From the NCBI RefSeq assembly GCF_006345805.1, contig NC_043005.1, forward strand, positions 96,720,001 to 96,784,000: 64,000 nucleotides of DNA. The letters are read 5' to 3'. Positions 1 through 12,589 of the stretch are shown here, one piece after another; the stretch's first letter is position 1, and every line of letters starts with the position of its first letter. The notes beneath the pieces were generated by a model. That model did not search any database. It was not told where the DNA came from and was given only the letters and a program-made list of their open reading frames with translations. Both the position numbers and the translations under genes were made by a program. This DNA is from Octopus sinensis. Lineage: Eukaryota.

Positions 1-231
1 GTTTGTGGAGTGCTCAGCCACTTACACGTTAATTTCACGTATCAGCTGGGACCCTCGTCGTTGCAACCGACGGAGTGACCCTATGTATACAGAAAACGAA
101 ACTCATTTGCACATACGCTGACTCCATACACACGTACATATACAACTATCCTATTGATGTTCTTGGAATTCCAATGAAAGAGACCTGGGTCTTGGTTAGC
201 AACGAATCTAGAAATAAAATTAAATAACAAT

Positions 232-329
232 ATACATACATATATACATACATACATACATACATACATACATACATACATACATACATACATACATACA
301 TACATACATACATACGCACATATATACAT
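232..329. repeat. (TACA)n microsatellite
   Basis: Direct tetranucleotide repeat; source of the spurious MYVC-type ORF. Confidence 0.95.
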
Positions 330-565
330 ATTTTGACGGATTTAGACCTTACTGAACACGACAGCTGAGAAATAATACCCGAGATAGGATAATCGTAAAA
401 CCAAATTTATTTCTAACTTAAGAAGCTGCTCAATTTTGATTTAGCTTCGTATTTCATAGGCCTGACTTCGTTTTGTTTTATCTCACAAACTATTGTTTGG
501 TTACCCTGACGTTACCAATACGATACATGTTTGTTTCTCACAGCTCGATAAAATTTGTATGTGGA

Positions 566-624
566 TGGATGGATGGATATATATATATATATATATATAG
601 ATAGATAGATAGATAGATAGATAT

Positions 625-712
<88 letters not shown>
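566..712. repeat. Compound (GGAT)(AT)(AGAT)(AG)n microsatellite abutting the LINE 3' end
   Basis: Read directly from the sequence. Confidence 0.95.
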
Positions 713-716
<4 letters not shown>

Positions 717-1332
717 CTTTATTAACCAGGCGGGGCCGAACACAGAGGGGACAATACAATGTAGAATTTTTCCTTTCGAAAACGATCAAGGAGATAACAA
801 AGAGTTGTTTTTAACAATTAGAATTCCCAAATGGGGGAGTAAATATAATACTGACTAGAGTTATCTGTGGAAAGAACAACCTATGAAAAACAAAACCACG
901 GTAATCTCGGGAAAAGGGAAAAACAATATGAGAGCAAAGTGCCCTCTCTTTTATTTTTGTTTTACAGGTTTGTGCTCAAAGTTGTTCCGCCATTCATACC
1001 TACCATCATTGCTATATCCACCCACTTTTATTAAACCTTTCATTAAATAAAGCTTCCCTCTCTACTCTTGGCCAGAGAGGAAAGTATTTGTCTCTAAACC
1101 TTTCAAATGTGCCCACCATACACATTCTTTCACCATAGCCACCAGTACGATGAAAACTGACTTGCCTTCCCGATTAAAGAAGGTGTTGGGGCAATATTTG
1201 CAATAGAATCGGTTGACAACCGGACTCGCCCCACATGTGACAGCAGCCGTTCAACATAGGCCTCAGGTCTGTAATATTTGGGCATTGCACGAGTGCGTGC
1301 AGAACGGTTTCGTCGTTCTGACCGCATCTCGG

Positions 1333-1950
1333 TCAGATCGGTCCGGTGTTTCTTGAACCGTGTCTGTAGACTTTATCTCGAGCGAGCAATGCTTCTCGAT
1401 AGCACTGCCAGGCCAGGTATCTCTGGAAATTGTCCATATGTCCTGGCCTGTAAGTGGTCCTAAAGAGACGGGTCAGGTATCCCTCGTCAACGCCCAGAGT
1501 TTTCCCAAGAACATCGTCGCCCCTCCCCTCCACTAATCCTTTATAGAATGCCTTTGTGGAATTGAAATCACACAAGTTTGAACTCGGATGGCAGAGCTGC
1601 TCAAGAGTATGGAAACACTCATGTTGCCATTCGCCCAGCTTTGGTCTCTGCTTGATCCATGATGCGTATACTATTACCAGTCGGAAAGCACACCCATTAC
1701 TGCCATTGTCATCCAAGACGACCCTTTCGAAAAAGCACCGCAGTACCCCCACCTCCCATTCTCGAACCACACGGAGAAAAATAAATGTCGAATTGTCTGC
1801 CGAACATGGGCTGGAGGGTCTTCGGATTGGAGAGTGTGTTTCGCTGATGGCTATAATATTTACATTCTGTGACTTGATGTCATTCAACAGGTAACCTTGT
1901 TTCCAAGACGACCTCAAGCTGCGCACATTTACACTACCTATCCTGAGCAT
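1333..1950 (-). pseudogene. Tx1 ORF2 remnant: AP-endonuclease N-terminus fused to the C-terminal region
   Basis: ORF track translation with APE motifs, followed by KAFYKGLVEG...LAWQCYREAL of the C-terminal region; no RT motifs in between. Confidence 0.75.
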
Positions 1951-2793
1951 GAATCTAAAGATAGTTGTGTTTCACACACAAAGAGAAAACAGAAAATAAG
2001 AGAAAGAGAGAGTAACTTACTGTTCAAAAGTTGGGTATTCTTCTCCTTAGAAGTTTCCGTGAGGACATTTTTGTACAGATTTTTAGAAAAATGTATTTGA
2101 AATCTCCCTACAGCATAAGGATAGAGAGATTTCATTAATTTGTGTGTTTTGTGTGGTGTGTAGTATTTGTTTGTGTTGTGGTGGTGTTGTGTATGAGTGG
2201 GTGTACGAATTGATGTCGAAATTGTTAGTGTTAATTGCAGTTAACATTGTGGGGCCACTCGGCGTTTCTGTGTTTGTAGTGGTGGTGCTTGTATTGTTGT
2301 TGTGTGCGGCAGTTTTGTTGTCGGGAGTGCTGTATCTCACTGCTTTGTTTGACGGAGTTATTATTCTTTTTTTCGCTCCTTTTCCTTCTCCATCTGTGAC
2401 CATTTGCCATTCTTCCATGTCGCCTTCATCAGATATGTTAGAGGAAAAAGAAAGTGGGAGGGGAAGGGCATTGGGGTCGATTTGTATGTGTGTGTGTGTT
2501 AATGCTGATGTTGTTACTGTTTTTGGTGCTGGTTGACGGCTGTTGGGATGTGGTGTATAGGTTATTGGGGATTGGAGGAGGTTAGTCTCTTTTTTCTTTT
2601 CTGGCTTTGGTCCGTCTGTAATTGTTGTTCCGGTTGTTGGTGGTGATGGTGTTGCTTCTGTTCTTTAAGATGTCAAATCTACTGATGGTGGTGTTGATTG
2701 GTTGGGTTGGTTGGTTGGTGGAGCTGTTTCATTTGCAGAGTGGTTTGCAATTGGATTTTTGTTTTGCTGTTGTTATGGTTGTTGTACTATTGG

Positions 2794-2835
2794 GCAGTCG
2801 AATTTCAGGTGGCTTTTGCTACCACAAAGGTAACA
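2794..2835 (-). pseudogene. Gag-like CX2CX4HX4C zinc knuckle of Tx1 ORF1
   Basis: Manual translation RPRCYLCGSKSHLKFDCP. Confidence 0.8.
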
Positions 2836-4083
2836 ACGTGGCCTTCAACGAGCATATGTAGAGACGTACCGTCCGGCAGCTTTACTAAGTCTGGGAGACT
2901 TTCGATCGTCTCTTCATTTGCTTGAATCAAGAGCTCTACTCTCCTTCCTACCCAGTTTTATTGTTCCAGGGTGGCAATTTCTAGTATATTAATTACTTCC
3001 TCAAAGTAATAGCAGATGGTTGACACCATCTTATGTCTATCTCAGGGGACTAGGAATCATCATGATGTCTTCACATTCAAGTGCTTTTGTTGAAAGTTGT
3101 ATTGTATGTTCTGTGTCCAACCTTACTTCCACAATGGCAAATCTTTTGCCACTTCTGATGTACTTCTTGAAAGCCCATATGGGCGGTAAACACTTTTCAA
3201 CTGTTTGTTGAGTGGCATGTTCTAGCTTTTTCGTTTTTATGTCTACAGTTTTGTAGATTATAGTTTTTTTTGTTTTTGTATGTCCTTCAAAATGTTTTGT
3301 GGTGTATTTAATTTTATTGTTCTTCCGTAGCATAGTATTGCTTTTCATTGTAATAACTCCTCCGTTGAGAAGGAGACTAGTATTCTGTGCCTCAAAACAG
3401 AAGCAAAATTATTCTGTTTGTTCATGTTGGAGGTGACGGTGTTGGTGGAAGTGTTGGTGACAGTGGTGGTGCAGTGGAGGTGACAGTGGTGGTGCAGTGG
3501 AGGTACCAGTGGTGGTAGCAACGTCCATTGTCTTAGGCGTGCATTCGTTTTCTCTGCTTTCCCTTCCCACTGGATCGGAAGGGACGCTAGCGTCAATAAG
3601 TGTGTTGTCGTTCGATTGTGTGTGTGTGTGTGAGAGTGAATCGATGTTTCCTTTCTTCCCTGCAGCCTTCGGCAATGCAGACAACTCAATGTCCATGTAG
3701 GACGTAGGAACGCTGGCATCCTCAGAAGAATAATCCATTTTTCAGGACAGATTAAAAAATGTTTAAACAAAATGTTAAAATCTGAAAATTCATCCATAAA
3801 GGATGAATCCTTGAGCGAGAGACTCGTTCAAGCGAAAGCAGATGTTGTCATCCACCTTTTTGACAAAATTAAATACAAATAGGCATAAATAAACACGAGA
3901 AATTGTTTGGAGGCGACGCGACAACAGCCAATCAGATAGATAGACAAACAGACAGGGAAACAGACAGACGGACGGACGGACGGGCAAACAGACACATACT
4001 GACTTGATAAATAAATGCTCAGAATTGTTGGAAATAATTCCTTAAATCATGGATTGATAAAATTTGTGAGTCTAAATTTTGTC

Positions 4084-4471
4084 TCTATCTATAAAGCTGA
4101 AGTTGTTTGTGTGGCAGGTTTGGTAGCCTTCAACTAACACTGTCTCCTCCGAGACCCTGCGGCACAAGTTGACCAAAATTGAGAATATGATAGAAGAAGG
4201 TTTGCTCTTCATTCCGTAGAAGATAAAATTCAAATTGGACCATGTTAAGACCAAAAATTATTTACATCAAAAAGGTGCTTTTTTTTTCTATGAAAATCCC
4301 TATATTTTACGATTTTTTTACTGCTGTGTCGCCATTTTTCGGTGTATTTCAATCAGAAAAATGTTCACTTAAGGAGAATAACAAGCTATATAATGCAAAA
4401 TGTTTACTTTTCAAAAATTTCAATTCTAAAGGGTCGAAACAAGTCCGAGCAACGCCGGGCGATACTGCTAG
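4084..4471 (+). mobile_element. Non-autonomous Helitron-like element
   Basis: 5' TCTATCTATAAAG; 3' GC hairpin CCGAGCAACGCCGGG, then CTAG followed by T. Confidence 0.7.
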
Positions 4472-5091
4472 TTTAAATTAAAAACAAGACAAAACAAAAA
4501 CAAAAAAAAAAAGGCAAGGACAAACGCGAAAATCCTAAATACAAATATTTCGTAATGTGAAGAGTTAAAACCTGAAATAAAGCAAACAAATCTCCAGACA
4601 AAACCTTCAGTAGGTTGAGCAACTCTATATGCTTTACGAGCATCGGGGTTTCAAAGTTATCAACAGGAACTGCAGTTAGAGGTGTTAGTCACGTATGACA
4701 ATCAACAGACGTTCATGCTGGGTGTCTGATCCGATAAATCTTTTTACTGGGCGTTGTAGAATTCTCTCTGGTGTATTTGAAGTCCAGGTTATTGATCACT
4801 TGCAGTAATTTTGTTGATATTGTTGTTGTAGTTAATTCTTCTGCTGTTTTTACAGTGTTTGTTGCGGTTGTTGGCGTAGTTGATTTTTCATATTTAGGAT
4901 TGGTGACGCCCAATAGGGTGGAGTCATTTGTATGTCCCTTAGATGGCATAAATATTTTTGAAAAACGTACATATTCATATTTGAGTAAATAAACACGCAC
5001 ACATACCAACATGCACAAACATACATAAAGGTATGTACTAACACATACACCACTTGTACATACGTATTCATATATGTATGTCTGTGTATAT

Positions 5092-5141
<50 letters not shown>

Positions 5142-5364
5142 ATGTATTATATCTATATATATATATTATACACAGAGTGACCGACAGACAAATAGCTACC
5201 TCCTACCTAGCTAGGTAGATAGATAGAATAGATAGATGGATAGATGATAGTACATACATACATACAACATACATACATACATACATAACATACATACATA
5301 CAATATACATACATACATACATAGGTGGTGCTGGTCCTGACTTGCATACCTGGTCACTTTTAGT

Positions 5365-5464
5365 NNNNNNNNNNNNNNNNNNNNNNNNNNNNNNNNNNNN
5401 NNNNNNNNNNNNNNNNNNNNNNNNNNNNNNNNNNNNNNNNNNNNNNNNNNNNNNNNNNNNNNNN
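5365..5464. other. Assembly gap (100 N)
   Basis: Exactly 100 N. Confidence 0.99.
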
Positions 5465-5564
5465 ATCTGTCTGTCTGCGTGCGTGCGTGTATGTATGTGT
5501 ATCTGTGTGTAGGTAGATAGATGGAAAGATAAAGATATAGATAAGCATATATATCTTTTTTTCT

Positions 5565-5950
5565 TTTACTTGTTTCATCCCTTAAGCTGTGGCCATGCTG
5601 GGGCACCGCCTTGAAGGTTTAGTCGAGCAAATCGATCCCTGTCGGTTTCTTTTGTCGGCATACTGGGTTAGGGGAGTGCAAACAAACCTGTACCGGTTGT
5701 CAATCGATGATGCGAAACAAATACAAACAAAAATACACACTCCAGCATGACCGCAGCTGCATGGCTAAAGCGAGTAAAAGAATAAAAGAATACAAAGGAA
5801 TTCTACCAGTTTCCCTCTACCAAATCCACACACAAGGCTTTCGTCGGTCCCTGGTATAGCGAACATAGTTACCAAAGTGTCATGCAGTGGGACTGAACCA
5901 GGAACCATGTGGCTGGGACTGGGATGCAAACTTCTTCCTCACAGAGCCAC
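5565..5950 (-). mobile_element. tRNA-derived SINE family A (CORE-like), degenerate
   Basis: Similar to 36361-36712: tail GGCCATGCTGGGGCACCGCC and head GTGGGACTGAACC. Confidence 0.7.
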
Positions 5951-6033
5951 GTATACATATAGTGTACACAGCAGACACAACATACACACATACACACACA
6001 TAATATGTATATATATATATATGTATATATATA

Positions 6034-6131
<98 letters not shown>

Positions 6132-6184
6132 TGACCTACATACATTAATATGTACATATATATGTATATGAACATATACATATT

Positions 6185-6360
6185 CTCTTATTCTTTTTTT
6201 CTGTTTCAATCATTTGACTGCGGCCATGCTCGAACACTGCCTTTAGTCGAACAAATCGACCCCAGGGCTTATTTTTTGTAAGCTTAGCACTTATTGTATC
6301 GGTTTTCTTTTGCCGAACCACTAAGTTCTGCGTAAACACAGAGACACAGATATAGCCACA
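6185..6360 (-). mobile_element. SINE family A 3' part
   Basis: TTTGACTGCGGCCATGCT...GCCGAACCACTAAG matches the other copies. Confidence 0.75.
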
Positions 6361-6815
6361 AACACTCAAATATTACGATTCTGCTCAAGGGTAGCAATAC
6401 TGACGGCCAGTTGTTAGAACTCAATGTGCGTGTGTAAACACAGGCACATCCATAGATATATATAACTGCATCGTCACTACCGCTGACAATACTTAGATAC
6501 TGACGTAAGGAATTCCTAAGTCTTATAATTTTACTGAGCCACGAACGACCCATTTGCTTTGGTGACAGAAGGCGGGACGGGATTTAGGACACAAAAAGTA
6601 GAAATAGACACCACAAGACACTACTTCCGGTATTGTAGCATTCTAAAAACCAAAGTCTCTTGACTCGAATGCCATTTATCGAGCGTGAAATGATAATGGA
6701 AAATGTGATCTCGGTCGATGCGATTTGAAGCCAACGCTGAAGTAACTGGGACAAATACAAGGGTACTCTATCTTATACTAAAAGAAAAATGTCTTAAGTG
6801 TGTGTGCGTAAGCCT

Positions 6816-6836
6816 ATACATACATACATACATACA

Positions 6837-6899
<63 letters not shown>

Positions 6900-7180
6900 C
6901 ATACATTACATACATACATACATTCATACATACATACATATATTACATACATACATACATACATTACATACATACATAGATACATACGTACATACATTAC
7001 ATACATTACATACATACATACATACATTACATACATACATACACACATACATACATACATACATATATTACATACATACATACATACATTACATACATAC
7101 ATACATATATTACATATATACATACATACATTACATACATACATACATACATTACATACATACATACATACATACATACA

Positions 7181-7218
<38 letters not shown>

Positions 7219-7417
7219 TACATATATACATACATACATTACATACATACATACATACATTACATACATACATACATACATACATACATTACATACATTA
7301 CATACATACATACATACATTATATTACATATATACATACTACATTACATACATACATAATACATTACATACATACATACAACAACATACAAACATAATAC
7401 ATACATACACCATTACA

Positions 7418-7448
<31 letters not shown>

Positions 7449-7466
7449 CATACATACATACATACA

Positions 7467-7497
<31 letters not shown>

Positions 7498-7763
7498 CAT
7501 ACATACATTACATACATACATACATACATTACATACATACATACATACATACACACATACATACATACATGCATACATACATACATACATACATACATAC
7601 ATACACACACGTACATACATACATACATACACACGCACATACATACATACGCACATACATACATGCATATATATATACGTACATACACACATATATACAT
7701 ACATACACACATACATACACACATACATGCATACCTACATACACACATACATGCATACATAAA

Positions 7764-7794
<31 letters not shown>

Positions 7795-7810
7795 CATACA
7801 TACCATACAT
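6816..7810. repeat. ~1 kb interrupted (TACA)n/(TACAT) microsatellite
   Basis: Read directly; explains the HTYI/MYVC ORFs. Confidence 0.95.
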
Positions 7811-8669
7811 GCACACACATATATTGATAGATGGAAAGCAAAAATAGGAACAGGAAAAGTAATGATGATGATATTGGATTGAAATATAACATCAGATAAA
7901 TTCAATTACATGGATGTTAGGAACTCCATGAACATTGGAAAGAAAATATCAAACTAGGGAAGAACTATAATGTGTGTGTTATCATTCTTGAGCGGTTGCA
8001 CAAAAAAGAAGATAAATTACAAAAATTGATTTAGCAAAAATGATTTTTCAAAAGCATCAGAATAAAACTTTTTTAAAATTTTTTAAAAAGTAAAATAGCA
8101 ATGTAGTTTTTTTTAATGTTTATAATTAGCTTCCAGAATCAATAAATGATGCTTCTAACTGCAAATAACCGTGGGAAACTAAACCAGCTATCTGTTAGAA
8201 GGAAAAAAAAAACCCAATGAAATGTGAAATTCTAAGAAACGCCATGGTTGTTATAAACTGAAGCAGACGACATGCAGTACGGGAAATAAAAGTAACACAA
8301 AATAATAAAAAAAAGTAAGGATATAATATATTTAAATTAGTATAATATGATGAGGTTGGGCTTTAGGCCGATTAGCTTCGCCATGGTTTGGATGATGTTG
8401 AAGGAAAGTAATGTTGAAGGTATTTGACAAGTATTAATGAAAATGGTGATGTATTATTTTAATTTTTGACTGGAAGTTTGAATGTGAACGAATGAAATGA
8501 TGGTGGTTGATTTGATGTTTGTGCGCAACTCACATATACACGCGCAAACACACATACACATAGACATATACATACATACACAGAATCAGGCATACATACA
8601 AACATGTGTATGCGTGCGTGTATGTTTATGTGTGCATATGTGTGTGTGTGTGTGCGTCTGTGTTTATCC

Positions 8670-8860
8670 CACCATCACTGCTTGACAACCGAGGTGAGTA
8701 TGTTTACGTTTCCGTAACCAAACGGTTCGGCAAAAAAAGACCGATATAAGTACTAGACTTAAGTCCTGGGGCCGATTTGTTCAACTAAAACCCTTCAAGG
8801 TGGTGCTCCAGCATGGCCGCAGTCACATGACTTAATCAATTAAAAGGACAAAAGAATACA
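8670..8860 (+). mobile_element. SINE family A 3' part
   Basis: CGGTTCGGCAAAA...GGTGCTCCAGCATGGCCGCAGTC tail. Confidence 0.75.
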
Positions 8861-9175
8861 TACATACATACATACATACATACATACATACATACATACA
8901 TACATACATACTCACAATCACAAGAATGTAATTTCGATTCCTAGACTAACGACGCTTTGTGTTCTTGAGCAAAATATCGTATCCCACAGTAAATGGGTAA
9001 CCACGCATGACTATTGTTCTGTTCGGAGATGTGGTGGTGCTGACCTGTCCGCCACGCCGACGCGGTGACATCATTAGAAAGCTACAACAATCCGATGAAG
9101 CGCATTGAAACCAGTGGTGTATAACAACGTCCAATAGTCTGGCCAGTACAGTTACACAGGCTTATATATATATAT

Positions 9176-9952
9176 AAGGCTTCGAATGACTTGTCTGTTT
9201 TCCGTGTTCGTCCCTTCGTGTATTTCACGTTCTTTATATATAAATTTTTATTCCTATATTATTGCGGCGTACGTTCACCACTCCCTTATGTTTGTCACAT
9301 TTTTACCCTTGTACGACTTCTAAATACTTTCTCTTCCTATCCGCCATTGCTTCTTTACCAAGCTATTTTGGCGCCCTCCGTTTCTTCCCCCTCTTCCTCC
9401 CATCCTCTTTAATTCCTTCTTTCTCTCTCTCTCCTGGTCATTGCTTCTGTCCTCTGCCTTCCACCCTCTTTAATTCCCTCTCTCTCCGTCTCTCTTTCTC
9501 TCTCTCTTACCCTCTTGCAACCTGGTGCTTCACAAGCCATTCCGTTGGTGATCGCGGCTCGCTCAACATCGTGTCCCCTCTGCCGAAAAGGTAATTGTTT
9601 CCACGCCTGCTGATAAGTTAATTTTGTCTCATTTTGTCTAAAGTCGTAAGACACCCGCTGTTATCCTGTTTTTAACCATTATTGTTTTCAATTTTGCTTC
9701 CGTTTCTTGTATTTATATTCGTCTCTGTTGCGTTTACATTCTTTCATCCTACCAAGAAATCTAATGCTCACAGCTTAGTTTTTTCCCTGAGGCTGGCCGA
9801 GTTGGAGCAAATATCAGAATTATTCAGCCAAAATTTGCCATGATGATTCGGTTTCTGACTGAAGATTGAAGGCTTCGAATGACTTGTCTGTTTTCCGTGT
9901 TCGTCCCTTCGTGTATTTCACATTCTTTATATATAAATTTTTATTCCTATAT
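9176..9952 (+). mobile_element. Direct-repeat-bounded non-coding element (Penelope pLTR/retrozyme-like, tentative)
   Basis: 84-bp direct repeats at 9176-9259 and 9869-9952 (one mismatch), (TA)n flanks, and a degenerate hammerhead-like motif at 9787-9837. Confidence 0.5.
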
Positions 9953-9965
9953 ATATATATATAAT

Positions 9966-10012
<47 letters not shown>

Positions 10013-10080
10013 ATATACATATATATATATACATATATATATATATAGGTGAGAGAGTTGGTATATATATATATATATAT

Positions 10081-10852
10081 ATAAAAAACGGCAGTTTGTC
10101 TGTCTGTGTGTCTGTGTGTCTGTCAGGTTGTACCCTCACCCTGACCACGGCTTTCACCGATTCTGATGAAACTTGACACACACATAGCCCAATGTCATAA
10201 TTCAAACTAACGCAGCGAAAATTTTGAAAAGTTCCCCCAGTTCTGAAAAAAATTGATAAATTCGACATGGGGTCGAGAATCTAAGCTTTTTATATGCAAC
10301 AGATTTTCTGTTGTAGTTTTCGCAACTTGCAATCGATTTTCACCAAACTCATGGTGAAGCTTAATGTTACCCTAAGAAACTTTATTCTGACGTTAGTTTT
10401 CCATGCAATACCTTACTATCAGAAAAAATCGATAAAATCATGCCCTTTTGGGAAATTGCGTTCAAATTCAAGATGACATATTTTCGACAATATCTTTCAC
10501 AAATTGGCAGGAATTTTTTTTAAAATTCACAGCGAGCTATATGGCCCGTTTTATTCCAATAGGATACTTTATTACTGGAAAAAATCGGTTAATTAAATCA
10601 TATGTGGCACACATAGCAAACCGATTTGTGTATTAAACACAAACCACAGACTGTCTAGGAGACGCAACTCGACCTTTTTATCGCCCAAAGGGACAGCTAG
10701 GAACATCGTATACACAGAAATATTCGAGTGAAGAGAAGACATTGCAACCTACACATGCGCCTTCGTTCCCTAGAGGGAAAGGACTAGATTGGGATAAGTC
10801 GTTGCCTACTAGGGGCTCTACATACCCAGGCAACGCCGGGCTATGCTGCTAG
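10081..10852 (+). mobile_element. Non-autonomous Helitron-like element
   Basis: Begins in (TA)n with ATAAAAAACGGCAGTTTGTCTGTC; ends with hairpin CCCAGGCAACGCCGGG and CTAG|T. Confidence 0.7.
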
Positions 10853-10882
10853 TATATATTATATATATATTATGTATATATA

Positions 10883-10929
<47 letters not shown>

Positions 10930-10933
<4 letters not shown>

Positions 10934-11138
10934 TCAAGGCACAGAAAAAATCTTGCGTATATGCTGAAAAGAGACGCTAAATCGTCTAACCACTTTGAAT
11001 CATCACCAACATTTTATGAATTTCAGTTAGTTTACTCCCTCGATTTCAGCACGTGTGTAATTTTGGTGATGATTTTAAAGTAGTTAGACGATTCAGCATC
11101 TCTTTTCAGCATATAGGCAAGATTTTCTATGCTCTTAA
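10930..11138. mobile_element. MITE-like hairpin element
   Basis: Imperfect ~75-bp inverted repeats (10930-11009 / 11063-11138), TTAA at both ends. Confidence 0.65.
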
Positions 11139-11211
11139 TTTCACCTTAATTGCTAGCCACTGATAACATTTTTAACGATTTTATCATTTATTATTATTAT
11201 TATCAGTATTA

Positions 11212-11253
<42 letters not shown>

Positions 11254-11278
11254 CATTATTATTATTATTATTATTATT

Positions 11279-11335
<57 letters not shown>

Positions 11336-11341
11336 GGTGTT

Positions 11342-11383
<42 letters not shown>

Positions 11384-11600
11384 GATTGTGTTTTTATTGT
11401 TATTTTATTCTTACATTTGCTATCATCCGTGTGATTAAATTTAACTGGCGTTTCATTAAAATCCAATATTACCATCATTATTTTTACTATAGTTATTTTT
11501 ATCCTATTCTAGTGAATATATATGCACATATATGAGCTAGACAATTGCGTATATAGGTGTTTGTGATTGTGTGTTGTGTTTGTGTGTGTGCATATATATT

Positions 11601-11646
<46 letters not shown>

Positions 11647-11762
11647 TATATATATTATATATATACATAATAAATGAAAAATGTATGGTAATAAATAAAT
11701 AACATAATACACACTCATACACACACACACACGCGCGCGCATACATATATATATATATATAT

Positions 11763-11811
11763 GTCCTTGTTTCTCCCCTCTGTGTTAAGCCCCTTGTGGG
11801 CAATAAAGAAA
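11763..11811 (+). mobile_element. Solo 3' tail of SINE family B / Tx1 LINE
   Basis: GTCCTTGTTTCTCCCCTCTGTGTTAAGCCCCTTGTGGGCAATAAAGAAA matches the tails at 12929-12975 and 713-760. Confidence 0.75.
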
Positions 11812-12589
11812 CATATATTGTCTGTTTGGATGATGTGGCTGTGATCGTTTTCGGTTAGGCATAATCTATAACAGTGTTTCTCAACCTTATCATTTCGGGT
11901 CCCCTGTTTCGATTGGAGCGCCCAGTTGTATGAAAATTTCTTCCCCACCCGCTGTCAGAAAACAGCTTCAGGAGTTGCGAAGAAAGAATTTGTACGTAGT
12001 CTGTTTCTAAGAGCTATTGTATTGGGCCTCTGTCTAATCATTAAAACATTTATTTAATTATGAACATATAAAGAAATTATACATTAATCCCCATTTTTGT
12101 AAGCAGTTGTATCCGTAAAAAAATTATTTGCAGAGAGCAGAAATTGAAAGAAGGTATGTGAAATGGACGTGTGTGTGTACGCGCGCGCATGCGTGCTTGC
12201 GCCTGTGTATATGAGAGAGAAAGAGGGTGAGAAAGAGATATAGAGTGAGTGAGTGAAGGCGTGTGTCATTGAGTTACGTTGGCTGGCACGGCGACGACGA
12301 AGCTTTTGAGGCGGCAGATGACTGGGGTGATTTGAAAGATGTGAAAAAACGCCGTCTTTTCAGTGGAGCGCCTTTTTGTAGACAACGTTTCTCGTTTTCC
12401 TTTCTGATGCACAAATGTATAGACTTTGTGGCCTGCCAACACGGGAGCATCCAACGTAAAGTTGACCACATTTCACTTTTATAGGTTTTACAAACATTCA
12501 AATATACATACACGCTCACACACTCCCCACCTCACACACACATACACTCACATCCCGAGCACGCACACATGTATGTTGTGTATAGTTTT

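Larger units (their letters stand above)
713..3935 (-). mobile_element. L1/Tx1-clade LINE, degenerate, RT domain deleted
   Basis: Minus strand: disrupted ORF1 with CCHC knuckle (CYLCGSKSHLKFDC, 2794-2835); ORF2 APE start (GSVNVRSL, AISET, FRLVIVYA) joined to a C-terminal zf-RVT-like motif (I*PRCGQNDETVLHALVQCP); 3'UTR ending AATAAAGAAAT. The 5' boundary is approximate. Confidence 0.8.

Noticed and set aside
6718-7847. Long ORFs (213 aa, 199 aa etc.) rich in HTYI/MYVC
   Set aside because: Translations of (TACA)n; the same applies to the IY, LS, II/NN and VV ORFs throughout the window.
11872-11887. CAGTGTTTCTCAACCT hAT/Charlie-type terminal repeat
   Set aside because: No matching right end found nearby.
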